A stretch of DNA of 64,000 nucleotides from the human T2T-CHM13v2.0 reference genome, Homo sapiens: NCBI RefSeq assembly GCF_009914755.1, contig NC_060928.1. One strand, given 5' to 3'. The position numbers were made by a program, and so were the translations under genes. The notes under the pieces are model-generated. The model made no database searches. It had not been told where the DNA came from and saw nothing but the letters and a program-made list of their open reading frames with translations. Below are positions 13,271 through 29,007 of this stretch, piece after piece (the first letter of the stretch is position 1; every line of letters begins with the position of its first letter).

Positions 13271-14636
13271 TAAACTTGCCAGAGCAAGTACACCTACTTC
13301 AACAAATAAACAGAAAATCTGAATTTAGAAGAAGAGGCTGAAAAACAAATCCAAATTTACAAGCCCAAGAAATCAAAATAGCAAAAATCATTAAATAAAA
13401 TCAAGATTTTAGGGCAGGATTTTGTTTTTGAGAGAGGGGTAGTATATGAAGCAAAGACAAAGAAAGTTTTCCACTTCTTACATATGATTTAATTCCTCAG
13501 TATAAAGATGCTCAGTTAATATCAATGATCATTAATATAAAGATGTTGTCAGCTAGAGCTCCAGAGGCAAAAATTGAGGTGGTAATTATTTCTAGGCATA
13601 GCAAACTGAGTATCACAAAGAAAATAAAATAAACTGAGGAATGAAGCTTGGCACCGCTCTGCTGTTGAAGAGAATGGCACATAGGGCTAGATGTTGACCA
13701 GCTTCACAGATTACAATAGTGTCAAATTTTGGTTTCTTCATCTGTAAAATCACATAATGGATTTGTGCAATTCCTAAGATCATAAAAAGTATCTTATGTC
13801 ACTCTCAGCAGGTACTGTATGCTCAGTTAATGATTGCTAACTGACTCCTGAGACCTTAGTATGCAGAACATACATGTGTGTTTATGACTAAAATACCCGA
13901 GCTTTATAAAAAAAAGAAAATACTGCATTCTACTAAGATATAATTATGATTTTATTAATTATCATAGAAAAAAAGGCATAGAAGGGAAGATCTCAACTTA
14001 AATGACATTTTGACAAATACATATTCTGTATCCAATTCTAAAAATTATAAGCTGCATTTCTAATTAGGTTCTGAAAAACATACTAAAAAGCTCAATTGTC
14101 ATTATCTCTTAAGATGCTAATGAGACAATGAGTACTGGTTATTTTATTATTTGGGGCCGATTTGGATTCATCTTCTTAGTTCCCTGTGAAAAACTGCTAC
14201 ATATAAACATGAATTCTTCAATTACGACTAATGGCTTTGTTTCTTAATTGTTCATGCTTAGCAGAGATACTCAGCAGGATTGCCCATTATTGCCACTGTG
14301 ATTTAATTTAGTTCAGAGCCACTGGCAGGACATATTAGTCATAATATCATGGTATCATGACATCATCATTATCATAAACATTATTACTAAATTAGGAGTG
14401 GGAAATCACCAGTGCCGAGCATTATTATATGACTTCTTTAAACTAAAAGGAATTCTTCCCTAGTGCCAAAGTAATTCACCACTGAGCATTTTTAAGAGCT
14501 TATATTTTTAAATCAATATATTATAAATATATTTTAAATAAAGAAAGGTAGCATAATTCTGGGGTAAAACAATTTATATTTGGTCCTTTAAATAAAAATT
14601 CAATAAGTTACATTTTCATAATATAAGCAATTATTC

Positions 14637-14660
14637 ATTATTATTATTATTATTATTATT
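14637..14660. repeat. (ATT)8 microsatellite
   Basis: Direct reading. Confidence 0.95.
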
Positions 14661-15025
14661 AAGGGTTTGATATGGCCAAAGTAAAGTTCTCAAGGCTTCA
14701 CTGATCTTGTTTACTTCTCACACCAGTCTTATAAGAATTTTTCCTTATCTGAAGATAGGAAAGTGAAGGTTAAATTGAATAGGCAGAAACAAACAATAAT
14801 TGAAATCACTCTAGCAAATCAGTAAATACATGGCATGCAGGCCTTCACACCCCTAATCCATGGTGAACCTCAGAATGATTCTCAACACAACACTATAGTA
14901 TTCCCAAAACACATGAATTAGGATGCTCAGGGAATCTTCCTTGCCTGCCTGGGCCCCAGTGTTACCAAAAATATTTATAGAAATTTAAGATGAATTTAAG
15001 GTTGCTGTTACTAGTAAATAGTCTT

Positions 15026-15088
15026 ACTTCTCCATTAGAATTTACTAGATGAAGGCACTTCTCCATTTGAATTTACTAGATTAAGGCA
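15026..15088. repeat. 31-bp tandem duplication (2 copies, 2 mismatches)
   Basis: acttctccattagaatttactagatgaaggc / acttctccatttgaatttactagattaaggc. Confidence 0.9.
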
Positions 15089-18000
15089 GCCCTCTATAAA
15101 ATTATAATACATTCTTTATTTTCTTCTAATGATCACATGTCAAATTCATAAGCTGTCTTATGTCATTAAAAGTGTTTTACTAAGCAAATTAGCAAATGTA
15201 TTATATACTACTGGACTTCAGAGTCCTATCCCACAGAAATTGTATCTAACATAAGAAAATAAATATTAACAGAAATAGCCACTATCTTCTTGCAGAAATA
15301 TCTTATAATAAAAAGTAACTTTCAGAAAGAATCTGACTATTGGAATTAAAAGATTTCCAGATTATCAAAACCCTCAGAATTCTTATAAATTCTATGAAGC
15401 TATTTAAATGCAGCCAATCTAGGAATAAGTGAAAAAATATTTTAATATACATACACAAAATTGTATTTACTATTTTTTCTTGTGCAAAAAAGGCATTCTG
15501 AAACAAGATATTAGACTTAGAAATTAGAGATAAAATTTGAGTCCATATACCCAAGCTGTATCAAAATAACAAAAAAAAAAGAAACTGCTGAATAACAAAT
15601 TATCCTGGGTATGGGAGAGACTCAACTGATACAAGGTCGTCCCGGTATTTTTCAGTATGAGATACTGAATGTCTTTTGCTTAATAGAAAGATAGAGATAA
15701 GATTTAAAAGCACAGTTTGATACCAGCTTAACCATCTAATTAAAAACACTACCACAAAATGAAACCTACCTTGGCAGCATGGGAATGATTTCATTTTTAT
15801 CAGCTCAGCAAGACTTAAGTCATGTTCTGTGATTAAAACCATAGCTCGTACATATGTACTGTCACTAGCAAACTTTTAATCCAGATAAAATATGGCCTCC
15901 AAGATCTATATCTGGTGAGAATTCCAATTTAACTTAAGCCAACAATGCTGTAGCTAGAAAAATCGTTGGAGGTTAATACATCTACATATAAAGCAATGTT
16001 AAATTCATTTGAAAGGACATAGTTATTTTAAATTAATCAACAATAATGTACTGTTCAGGGTGAAAACAAAAATAGGCAGAGTACATAAATATAAAAGTAA
16101 TTTATCTCCATACAGAATTTCAAATTTTGAGACTCTTCCTGTGTTAAGCAAACATTTTGCCAACAAATACATGTGTGTTCAAGTATATTCTGAGTTATGT
16201 ATTAGTTCCCAGGTTAATATCTACTCATTGATAAAACATACATCTTTATAAACCAGTTTAAACCTTTATAGGAACCTATTCAGTGTAGGTTTCAAAAACA
16301 ACCAAAAAACTAGACGAGTGAGTAGCAAATAAGGGAGTAACTCTGCCAACTTAAATACTTAGGTCAACTCCAAATAGAAGAAAAACACAAACAAGGGTAA
16401 AGTTTGGGGATAAAGGTCAAAGGACAAAAAAAGCTATTTCTTCTGTAGACTGAATGACTCAAGAGACCTGATGTAGCAGTACTTTTTTGTTGTTATTGTT
16501 GCTGTCGTGAGTTTTGCTGTATGCCTTCCATTATTTCTATATGATTACCAGAACATCTCAGTGTGATCCCATATTTAGAGTGAAGGACAATACAGAAAGT
16601 GGAACAGGTTTAAATGTTAGGATAAGCAGATAATGTAATGTAAGATGTGATGAAAAAAAAAAGTATCCTAGGGTAGGAAATTGAAACCTTACGAGCCAGC
16701 TCAAGAAAAGTCCCTACAGGACCTACCTTTCCTTAAGCAGAAGGAAGTTAAACAGCTCCAAATTTAACACATCTCCATGGATTAACCATGTTCTACCCTT
16801 GTTGCAAAACCACCCCTGATCATGTCTCTCACATGTGATAGCAGGCTGCTGTCTAACCCTGAAACCCAATCTGCAATTTTCACAGTTCTGGTAATTGTTT
16901 CCCTGTCTTTTTCCCTACCCGAATCCTGGCTAGGAAACATTTCCTAGAACCCTAGCGTGAACCTATATCTATCCTTATTTAGTCAAACCTTCATTCTCAT
17001 CCTAAAAGATTAGATGCCCTGTCTTTGAACATTAATACAACAGCCAGTTAAAACCTGCTAACTTATGTGCCTACTATCAGGAGTTCCACAATTACTACTT
17101 CTTCCTGATTTCTGCAACTCCATGTCATTCTGCATTAGCAATTCTGTTCCAATGTATTTCTGCCTTAACAACCCCCATTTCCCTTATCTTTTAGAAAAAT
17201 TAAATTATTCACCATAGCTTAAATATCACTACAGATTACATTTGAGCTTCCGCTGAACGCAGCTCCCAATGAGATAATCCATTTTTTAACTTCATATTTT
17301 AAAGTTTTATGAAAGACCATTTAATCTATCTTGCCCAAATATATTTAAATCAGAATCTCCCTACTCATTTAGTTACCCATTGATAGAAGGAAATATTCCT
17401 AATGAGACACCCAAATTGGCTCAACTATTTTGAGCTCTGTTTGGTATGCTTTTGCGACGTGCCAAAATGTATTTCCCTGGATATTTAGAACTGATCATTT
17501 GACTTCACAGTGCCCTTATCTGCGTTTTTTCTCTGTTCTATATGAAGTAAAAAAACACCCAAAGTTTGAAAGTTTCTTCTCCTTCATGGATGTTCTTTTT
17601 TTCCTTGACCTTATTTCTTTATTTATATCCCAACTGCAGCCTTGTGCCCAGTCACAGTTTCAACCAAAAATAACTTTTAGTCCTACTGTAAGCCGGGTGC
17701 AGAAGAAATACACAAAAAAACAATTTTTAAATATTCTTGCTGACTTAGTTATTTAGGATCATTTTAGGCTGTTATTTAGTGGCCTCTGAAATAAAAGACT
17801 TCTGATAGAGTAGCTCATGCCTTTAAGATATGGTGTATTTTGACATTTAAATTTTTTAACGGAATAGTCTACTTTTAAATTCTATGTTTTTTTACTCCTC
17901 TCTGTGAAGTGCAATCCATCAAAACAAAAATGAACAGCTACTGGCTAAGCAAAGTTATAGCATCACATATTGTTTATATTATTCTATATTCTAATAAAAA

Positions 18001-18439
18001 TAAATACGACTCTCTAGGTTTTTATGGTTTATTTTTTTTTAATATTTAGATGGCTTAGCTGTATGGATGCCCTCTAACGCTGTTATATCAACAACAAAAA
18101 AAATATTTTGGGAGATCCATATTGTTTGAAAATTTTGTAATTTTACTCTCGAGACCACATAGAGTGCTTCTCCCTGGGTGAGATTTTGGATCTAGATCCT
18201 TATCTTATTCTTACTGCCTGAAAGATCTTGACCATTATCAAGTGATAAGGTAAGTTGAAGATTTACACTTTTAAATTGTGCATTTTTTTACAAAAGAGAT
18301 TGTAGAGTTGAGAATTTGAGACCATTGCTGCTCAGCTCTTCACTCACTGAGGCAATGTTGCCATCCTCAAAAGTAGGGGAGAAATTGAGGATATTTGCTT
18401 GTGCTTTATATACACTATGCAGGTAAAAGATTTTACAGG

Positions 18440-18755
<316 letters not shown>

Positions 18756-19479
18756 TTACAGGAACACTGTCCACACACTAAGGATTCTTTGAAATATCTA
18801 AAAGCATCTTCAACATGACTGCCCAGATCAGCTCACTGTTTTCAGAGTTCAGGCTCCACAGGCACACTGTGAAAGTCTGAGAGCCCAGAAGGCACTTGAA
18901 CTCTTCTGCATTGCTGGGGCCAAATGGAAGAGAAACAAAGAAGTCACTATAGATGAATGTGTCACCTAGAACACCTAACTTAAGTGGAGGTGGCTTTAAC
19001 CTTTTAGGAAAATCTGGTTCATACCAAATATATAATTTGACATAACATAGTTTTATCAAGTATTTTCCTGAACTTGTCTGCACATCTAATTAGATAAAGT
19101 ACATGTCTAGCTTTTGAGAAAGTAAAAAACTTTTTGTTGTTGTTGTTGTTGTTACTTTTGTTTTTGTTTTTAAGCACTGATATAACGACATACCAGTCAC
19201 AGAAACAGAAAGCTCTGGGACAAGTACAATTCTATACACTATCAACATGCGCAATTTTCAGGAGAAGGACAATTATCTAGCATGAGCCTAAAAGGACCAG
19301 TTTCAACGGCACATGCTATGAGACCCCAGAGACAGTAGGCTACAAAATAGTCACTGCATTCCTATAATACAGCATGATGTACCAACTTCTTATATGTGAG
19401 GAATCCCCTCTGCTCCTGTCTCAGCTCACTCAACTTCAAAAATTTTAGGATTCCTTACAACTCAGGTCCAGATACTAGT

Positions 19480-19960
19480 GTCTATATCATTAGGACACTT
19501 TCAGTTGGACATAAGAGAATTAAAAATGGTTTGACCAAAGAAAGAAAAGAAAGGGTAAAGAAATTTATGTTTACGGCTCACTTCAGACATGGCATACTTT
19601 CTTCATCTCTTAACATAGCATTCCTACATTTTGTGTTCTTGCCAAGGTGGCTCTGATTATCTACAAATTTATGTTATATTTTCTAGCTAATCTTGAAAAA
19701 AGAGAGCTTCTCATTCCCGTGATTCACTCCACACGTCCCAGAATCTAATAGCCTGGTTATGGTAACTATTCACTGAGAACAGGGGCAGGGAGGCTCTAAT
19801 TGGTCAGATCTGTGTCACATGACCACTCCCAGGGTGCCATCCACCTATAGAGAACCTGTGGTCTAACAGTAAGAGCGTGGTGCATGTTTTGTTTATTTTT
19901 TCCAAAAAAAAAAAAAAAAAAAAAATCAGAATGCTAAAGCCAGAAAAACAGCTGCTACTT
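19480..19960 (-). mobile_element. Old MLT1 (J/K/L-like) LTR
   Basis: ttaggacactttcagttgg..cttcagacatggc..ctctaattggtcagatctgtgtcacatgaccactccc. Confidence 0.5.
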
Positions 19961-20171
19961 GAGCAAAAATATTCATCCAAAATACATACACTCTATATAA
20001 AGTTACAGAATTAACTCACAAAGTAAAAGTTACAATTAATATATACTGTTGTTAATATTAAAATCAAAACTAGGCATTCATCTAGGTTTATTCTACATCA
20101 GCTCTTGCATTTATGTGATGGAATATGTTTAGCAATTATATAAATTTAAAAATTATTTTAATAAGATTAAT

Positions 20172-20626
20172 TGTATTCATTTCCTGGTACTGCTGTAGCA
20201 AAGTACTGCAAACTAGGTAGCTTAAAAAAAACAGACATTTATTATGTCACATTTATAGAAGCTAGAAGTCTGAAATCAAGGAATCAGCAGTGCTGGGTCC
20301 TTCTTGAGGGCTCCAAGAGACGCTCTAGTCCATGCTTCTGTCCTAGCTTCCCGGGCTTCTCAGCAATCGTTGGTGTTCCTTGCTTCCCTCAGTTTAACCC
20401 CAATCTCTGCTGCTGTCATCGTGTGGCCTTGTCCTTGTGTGTCTATCTGTCTTTTCTCCTTTTCTTAGAAAGACGCCCATCATATTGGATTAAGGTCCAC
20501 CTAATAACCTCATCTTAACTTGATTATATTTACAATGACTTTATTTTCAGTTAAGGTCACGTTCATAAGCACAGGAGGTTAAGACTTATGTGTATCTTCT
20601 GCGGGGACATAACTCCATCCACAACA
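20172..20626 (-). mobile_element. MLT1C-like solo LTR
   Basis: tgtattcatttcctggtactgctgtagcaaagtac...agaagtctgaaatcaagg...ggattaaggtccacc..cctcatcttaacttgatta...cacaaca; TG...CA ends. Confidence 0.85.
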
Positions 20627-21529
20627 CTGATCTTACCTTACTTCATAGGTGACAATAACACTTAAAATCAATTATTAAGTGTAATAAATGTAAAAATTTT
20701 ATTTCTAGAATTAACAACTAGCACATTATATATGTGTATGTGTGTGTGTATATATGTGTGTGTCTATACATATGTATTTTTTTTACAGCATTGACATCCA
20801 TTTTCTTCCTAAGAAATAAAATGAGTCAAGGATAGAAATGAGTAGAGAATATTTTAATTTAAAATGAGTAGAGGATAGAAATGTATGCATTGGCTCCTAC
20901 CTCCATTTACTAAATAAAAAAAAAAAATGCTGAAAAGTTGCGCTGTATACACTGTCAAAATTAAGTGAAAATTGGGACTATTTAATATTTCGGAATAAAA
21001 GGTGTTATCTGTATTTTAAATGTATAGCGAAAACATTTTAAAAATGTATGAATGTTATGTATATATACCACACAAAGTTGTATAAACAATTAAGACACCT
21101 TGAGCCTAAATGACAGCTTGAATATTCTCACCTCTCCTCTTCCTCTACCTTTTTATTATCTATCTCTTGGAATTCTTTTGGGCTTAAGCTAAATGTTAAT
21201 CTGAAAATGTTGCCTTTGGCCTTGAGTTAATTAATTTTTCCAGTTTTGCAGAACGACTAAGTTGTAAAGCCCACACTCAAGTCTAGTATTATCTGATTCC
21301 AAAGCCTACAAAATTTTCTTAAGTTATGCAGCCTATGTTTCATTAAACGTCACTTAGAAACTTTAAATATACTGCCTCCTATCTTGCATTAAAATATTTT
21401 AATTTCTAAAAGTTCTGGCTTTAACTGGAAACACAAACAACCCCACTGCAGTAAGGCAATAGCTAGCTCATCTTTAATATGATGGTGAAAAGTAGCGTGT
21501 GATTATTTCAGAATATAGGATAGTGGGAA

Positions 21530-21770
21530 GGCACAGCACTCAGTGATAAATGACATGAGTTGTGGTCCTGGATGTACCACTTAATATAAATGACTAGCTT
21601 TATAGTTATTTCATGTAACTTTAGGCAAGTCCCTTACCTTTTTGATTAAGTGACTGTGAAGTTGGAAATAGCAAGCCTCATTATCCCAATCATATAAACA
21701 TGCTGTTAGCCTCAAATTAGAATGTATAAGAAACTGCAAAATATTACAGAAGCATTTCTTAACTAATGCT
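21530..21770 (+). mobile_element. MIR fragment
   Basis: catgtaactttaggcaagtcccttacc MIR core. Confidence 0.5.
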
Positions 21771-22299
21771 TAGCTGGCCTTATGTATGGTAACAATGTGC
21801 TTCAAAATACCTTTAATGAAATACGTTGCTAACAAAGATTCCCCCAACATATTTTTGTAAATTTCTCCTGAAAGTAAAATTCATTCTTTTGTAAAGTGAA
21901 AATAGTGAAAAATCACTATTCTTTTGTAAAGAAATATAAATGTAAACTATGGCAGAATGAAATGTTATAACATGTCAATATTTACATTCAAAGATACAAT
22001 TATTAATATGCCATTCAATGAATTTGTAGAAGATTAGAAAGATGAAACTTAGGGGATAAAAGAGACCTTGTAAGTTATTTTCTGCAATTATTTTCTCATT
22101 TTAAAAATCAGAAATTAAAAACCCAACAGGTTTGATTTAAATGATTTATACAAAGTTACAGTGAGTGGAAAGAATTTAGTTCATTTTCTAGTGGTAACAG
22201 CAGCTTTCTCATGAGGTCTCACTCGAAGGTGTAATGAGTGGTCATGGATAGAGCCGGGCTCACTGGCATAAATGGCCACCTTGCTCATGATTCAGAGAC

Positions 22300-22570
22300 A
22301 GCATGTGTGAGTGGAGAATCTCAGAATCTGGAGTAAAATAAAATAGATTAAAATTCTGCTTCTTACTCTAAATAGCTGTAGGATCATGGGCAAATTATTT
22401 TTCCTCATTGAATATCACTGTCTCTCCTCTTTGTAAAAGGAGCAATAAAATAATAAACATGGCAACAGAATAAAAGCAATAAAAATGGGAGCTTGTGTGA
22501 GACTTGAGTGACATATTGGCTAGCTTCTAATGGTGTGTAGTATGTGTTCAACAAATGACAGCTAATATTA
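22300..22570 (+). mobile_element. MIR
   Basis: agctgtaggatcatgggcaaattatttttcctc..tgtaaaagg..ttcaacaaatgacagctaatatt. Confidence 0.6.
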
Positions 22571-22914
22571 TTAAATTTTGCACTTATGAAAATTATTCTC
22601 TAACAATAAACCATTATTAAACTATTAAATTAACAGAGGCTACATGATATCTTGAAAACCACAAAACTAGTATCTAGAAGATCTAAAATCTGATCTCAAC
22701 TGCATTTATTAATATTTGTGTAATCTGTGCAAATCAAACCCTAAATTATTCCCAGTTTGTTCTTGTGTTAGAATTAGCAACAATCCTACTCCCCCTACAA
22801 ATTTTGAAAGATTTTTCTTGTGAGGAACAAATGAAAAAATGTATGTGAAAAATACTCTGAAAATGCTCTAACAAGGGGCAAAATCACTAACAAGACAGAA
22901 GTGAAACTCGGCTT

Positions 22915-23155
22915 TGCTATTCTATTATACTGTAGGATGACTACAGCAAATAACAATGTATTGTATGTTTCAAGATAGATGGAAGTATTTTGAATGCTGC
23001 CACCACAAAGAAATGGTAAGTGCTTAAAGTGATGGACATGGTATTTACTCTGATTTGATCATTATACCATGTATACATGCATTAAAACATCCCACTGAAC
23101 TTCATAAATATATACAATTTTATGTATTAATTACAAATAAAAATTAAATGAAAAA
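22915..23155 (+). mobile_element. L1MA 3' end fragment
   Basis: taacaatgtattgtatgtttcaagatag..caccacaaagaaatg..ctgatttgatcattataccatgtatacatg, A-rich end. Confidence 0.8.
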
Positions 23156-23360
23156 ATGGTAAAATGTAAATTATAAATATGATTTAAAATAACTTCCTCA
23201 ATAATAAGCATTGCATTAAACAATTTCATGTTTAGATTTGAATGAAATAAAAGTATATTCAAAATTCCATTTTCCCTCCTATTAGAATTTTATTTAATCC
23301 TTTCATTAGATATATCAAGTGTAGCAATAGCTATCCAAACATAACAGATAACACAATGTA

Positions 23361-23559
23361 CAGTCATCCTTTAGCACTGGCAGAGAATTGATTCCAGGAT
23401 CTCCAGAAGACACAAAAATTTGCAGATGCCCAAGTCCTTTAGTCAGGCCTCCTTATCTATGAGTTTCGAATCAGGGGATTCAACCCATATGCAGGTATTT
23501 TCTATCCATCTGTGGTTGAATCCTTGGATGTGGAACCTATGGTTAAGGAGGGCTGACTG
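23361..23559. mobile_element. MER2-like Tigger MITE
   Basis: TIRs cagtcatcct...agggctgactg with TA at 23359-23360 and 23560-23561; gattccagga, gatgcccaagtcc and ggttgaatcc..gatgtggaacc motifs. Confidence 0.8.
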
Positions 23560-24234
23560 TAACTGCTGCTTATAGAATACTGAATTAGAGGAACAGAAAC
23601 AACAAATAGGATATGTTATGTAATTGTTATGTAATTGTTTTAACTTAAACTATGTCTGGATCAAATACATATGATGTGGAGTTTGTGAAACTATAAAGTT
23701 CAGAGATCCAGGCATGGAGCTAATGATGTAGTAGACAGGCCTGGTGTTCATACTTTTGTCTGTTAAAGTCCTACCTAGTTGAGTTTCATGAGTAGACTGA
23801 TCAGAAAACTCTGATTTACCAAATATGTCTTAAATTTGTGTGTGGAAGAAAAGAGAAACCTGAAAAGTAATTCATATTTAGGACAGTTTTATACTTACAC
23901 CACCCCCTATAAAGGAAAAACAATAAATCCCTCTTAAGGTTAAAAAGGCTTTCATTAGAACATCTTCAAAAATGATCAAGTGTTTCTGAACATGTTCACA
24001 GAATTTTTAGATAAAATAGAATAATCAACCAAGTTTACTTCCAGATGCTTTATAAGGGCTTTAGGTTGATACCTAAGGGTCAAGTAAGTCATGCCAATAA
24101 GTGGGTTAAGGGGTAGTTATTTGTGTGCCCCTGATCATTGCTATTCACTAATGTTTACTTATTACTGGCAGCAGATTATCCTGTTTTTTAAGAGATGGTG
24201 GAATTTTGGTGAGGCACACACCACTGGTTCTCTC

Positions 24235-27200
24235 TTCAATAGCAACCTCATCACTTTTTCTGTCTCTACAGTTTTCTCTTTTGCAGAATGTCATTTAGGT
24301 GGCATTATATAGCATGGAGACTTTTCACATTGGCTTCTCTCACTTAGTAGTCTGCATCTTTCATTCCTCTGTGGCTTGATAGCTCATTATTTCATCAGTG
24401 TTTTCTGCTTTTCTTATAGAAAGCTTGTTTATATTTGGTTAGATTTATACCTAAGTATTTCATCCTAGAGGGTACTAATGTAAATGATATTGCATTAATG
24501 TAAAATCCCATTTGTTCTGAAGTATAGGAAGGCCATTGACTTTTGTATGATAGCTCTGTATTCTGCAACCTTGTTATAATCTTTATTAATTCCAGGAGGT
24601 TTTGTTTTAGGATTTTCTACATCAATGACACCAGGGAACAAAATCAGTTTTATTTATTCCTTTTCAATCTGTATATCATTGCTTCCTTTTCTGTTTCATT
24701 GCATTAGTTAGGACTTTCGTTATAAAGTTGAAAAGCAGTGGTGAAAAGGAACATTCTTATTCCTGAAGCTTAGAGTTTCTCATAATTAGGTATGATGGTA
24801 GCTACAGGTTTTTTATAGATGTTCTTTATCAGGTTGCAGAAGTCAACCTCTATTCCTACTTTATACATAGTTTTTATCATGAATAGGTGTTGAATTTTGT
24901 TAAATGCTTTTTCTCCATCTCTTTATGTTACTATGTAATTTTTTTTCTTCTCTATATTCTTAATGTGTTGGGATAACTGGTTTTGAATTATACTGAGCCA
25001 GCCTTGCATTCCCGAGATAAACCTCACTTGATTGTAGTGCATTAATCTTATAATACATTTTTGGACTGGATTTGCCAATACTTTATTGAAGACTTTTGCA
25101 CCCATGTTATGAGAGATCCTAGTCTACAGTGTTTGTTTTCTTTTCTTTGTAATGTGTTTGTCTGATTTTGATATTAGCATGATGGTGGCCTTTTAGGATG
25201 AGTTAGGAAGTATTTCCTTTGATTCTTCTATCTTCTAAAAAATTGCGGAGAATTGTTTTATTCTTCTTTAAAGGTTGATTTGAACTCACCAGTATATCCA
25301 ACTGAGTTTCATATTTTTTGTTTTGACAGGTTATTAATTTTTGACTCAACATCTTTAATAGATATCAGTCTACTAAAATTGACTATTTCTTCTTTTTCAG
25401 GTTTTAGCAGATTGTGTCTTTCAAATAATTGGTCCATTTCATCTAAGTTACCAAATTTGTGGGCACAGAGTTGTTCATAATATTTACTTATTATCCTTTT
25501 AATGTTCATGAAATCTGTAGCTATTTTGTCTCTTTCACTTCTGATAATAGTAATTTGTGACCCTTCTTTTTTCTTAGCCTGGCTAGAGTTTTGTCAATTT
25601 TAATGACCTTTTCAAAGAACCAGTTTCTGGTTTTGTTGTCTATTGATTTCCTTTTTTCAATTTAATTGATTTTTACTCTAATTATTATTTTTTTCTCCTT
25701 CTTACTTCAGACTTAAATTTCTTTTCAAGTTTACTAAGAGCCTGTAAGACTGATTTTAGATCTTTCTTATTTTCTCATGTATGCATTCAATGGTATAAAC
25801 TTCTTTGTAAGCACTGCTTTCACTGCACGCCACAAACAAATTTTGATAATTTGTTTTCACTTTTATTTAATTCAAAATATTTTAAAATTTCTCTTGGTAT
25901 TTCTTCTTTGACACATGTGATATCTACAAGTATGTTGCTTAATCAACACATACTTTGGAATTTTCTGGTTATCTTTCTGTTATTGATTTCAACTTTAATT
26001 CCATTATGGGCAGTCAGCAGTTATTGTATGATTTTTATTACTTTAATTTGTCCAGGTGTGTTTTATGTCACAGCATGTGTCCTATATTGGTGAATGTTCC
26101 ATGTGAGCTTGAAAAGGATGTTTACTCTGCTGTTGCTGGATGAAGCAGTCTATAGATGTCAATTTTATCTGTTTCATTGATGGTGCTGTGAGTTCAACTA
26201 TGTTCTTACTGATTTTCTGCCTGTTAGATCTGTGCATTTCTAGTGGAGGGATGTTGTCTCCAGTACAATAGTGAATTCAACTATTTTTCCTTGTAGTTCT
26301 CTCAGGTTTTGCCTCACATATTTTGTTCTCTTGTTAGGCATATGCAAGTTAAAGACTATCTTTTTGGAGAATCATTATGTAATGTCCCTCTTTGTCCCTG
26401 ATAATTGTCTTTGTTCTCATGTCTACTTTTTCTGAAATTAATACCACTACTTCTGCTTATTTTTTATTAGTGTGAGTATGGTATATCTTTCTCTATCCAT
26501 TCACTTTTAATCTATACGTAGCTTTAAATTTAAAGTCGGTTCCTTTTAAGCATATAGTTGGTTCTTGTATTTGACCCACTATGAGCGTTTCTGTCTTTCA
26601 ATTGGCACATTTAGACTATTGGTATTTGAAGTAATTATTGATATAGTTGGAATAATATTTACCATATGTCTTACTGTTTTCTATTTGTTAGCTTTGTGCT
26701 TTGTTTCTATTTTCTTTCATTTTTTGCCTTTTGTGATTTTAATTGAGCATTTTTTAGGATTCTATTTTTCTCATTTCATAGAATATTTATTATACTTCTG
26801 CTTTAAGTAGTTTCTACTACTTAAATTATACCGTTTTAAGTAGTTTCCCTAGAGTTTGTGTCATGTATTTATAAGTAATCCATGTCCACTTTTAAATAAT
26901 ACTCTACCACTTTATGGGTAGTGCAAGTACCTTACAATAATAAAATATTTATAATTCCTTCTTTCCATAACTTTGCTGTCATTCATTTCATCTATACATA
27001 AGCATAAATAAGGACAGATATATAAGCATATCTACTTGAATACACTGTTGCTATTATAATTTTGAACAAACTACAATCTATTAAATAAACTAAAAGTAGA
27101 AAAAAAATCCATTTTACCCTCCCTTGTTCTTTTCTCAGTAACCTTCCTTTTTATGTAGATCTGAGTTTCTGAATTATATCATTTTCCTTGTCTCCGAAGA

Positions 27201-27690
27201 ACTTCTTTTAATATTTCCTGCAAGTCATGTATGTCTACTGGCAACAAATCCCTCGATTTTCCTTGTCTGGACAACTCTTTATTTCTTTACTTTAGCAGTA
27301 AAATTTAACAGGGTACATCAGGGTATATTCTTCTAACTTGTTTTTTTTACCCCCTTTCAGCATGTTGATTTTTTGACTCTTTTTGCTTGCATGGTTTCTG
27401 AGGCAAAGCTGATGTGATTCTTGTGTTTGATTCTCTACAGGAAATGTGTTTCCCCTCTTCCTGCCTGGCTTCTTTTGAGTTTTGTTTTGTTTTTGTTTTT
27501 GCTTTATTTTCTGCAGCTTAAAAATAATATGCCTAGATGTGGGTGGTTTTCTTTTGCATTTATTCTTCTTGGTGTTCCCTGAGCTTCCTGCATCAGTGCT
27601 TGTTGTCTGACACAAATTTTGAAAAATTATGTCATTATTGTTTCAAATATTTATTCTGTTCCTTTATTATCTTTTTTTTCTTTCTGATAT
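24235..27690 (-). mobile_element. Old L1M (L1MC/MD-like) element, internally deleted
   Basis: Minus-strand ORF2 remnants in the ORF track (KVLANPVQ..YNQVRFISGMQGW; KYYEQLCAHKFGNLDEMD..ERHNL) and an ORF1 remnant (TSRHIIFKLQKIK); 3' UTR-like sequence at ~24270-24390. Confidence 0.85.
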
Positions 27691-27692
27691 TC

Positions 27693-27996
<304 letters not shown>

Positions 27997-29007
27997 CCTT
28001 TCTGAGATTCTTATTTATTTTTAAAACTCAATTTATTGTAAGATAATTGTACACAATGAGCATGAAATAAACAATAGTGTTAAGAGGAAGGCTGATTATT
28101 AAAACTAGACTTGAAGTAACAAAGAAGTTGTGGGGAGACAGAAGCAAAGACTCAGAAACAGAAACAAAATGGAGAAAGAGAAATGTCTAAATTTGACTCT
28201 AGTGAAGAGTATATGATATTTATCTGCAACGGTACAGGACTTTGTAGAGGACATACGGATATAACTACATGCTAGGACTTTGACGAGCTTATGATCTCAA
28301 TCAAGAAGGCATATTAACTCTCACAAAACAAAGACCAAGTGAATTCTAAGGCAGGCATTTCTGAAGATAAGTATAGTGAATTTAAAAGAGAATGCATTTA
28401 CAGTCATAAGAGGTATCTTCATAGGGAAAGTAGAGCTTGAGTTTGATAGATGACATCTTGTCATAAATGTAACTGCTTGTAACATCTAACGAGTATTTTA
28501 AAAATAGGGTAACTATAAAAATAATTTGAGTAGAGAGAAGTTATACTAAGTAGAAAGTTAAAGATTTAAAAATCAGGAAAGTACTATTTTGCTTTTGACT
28601 GAAGATGTATTCTAACAACCTGATGAGGCTAGACATATAAGTTCATATTGATTGATAACTAGTCGTAAACTTTTGTTTCTTTTTGCAAAGGCCAAATTAT
28701 GACTTTTAAATCATTGTATGAATTTCCCAAAATAAGCCACTAAGAAAAATGCATAATATGAATTTATGGGTTATGTTAGAATTATTGGATTGGTTGGTTT
28801 ATGAAGCTTGCCAACTCACTTAACATTATTGACCTAAACTTAAGACACTATAAAAATTTAGATTCTAACTTTGGCAGTCAGACAATGATTTTTCTATAGG
28901 CATTTTAATATTTGTCTTCACTGGGGATTCCACTATCTTTACTATCTATTTTATAACAATTGAAACTAAATGAGAAGGCTAAATGGTGGTTGAAAATATG
29001 TTAAGTA

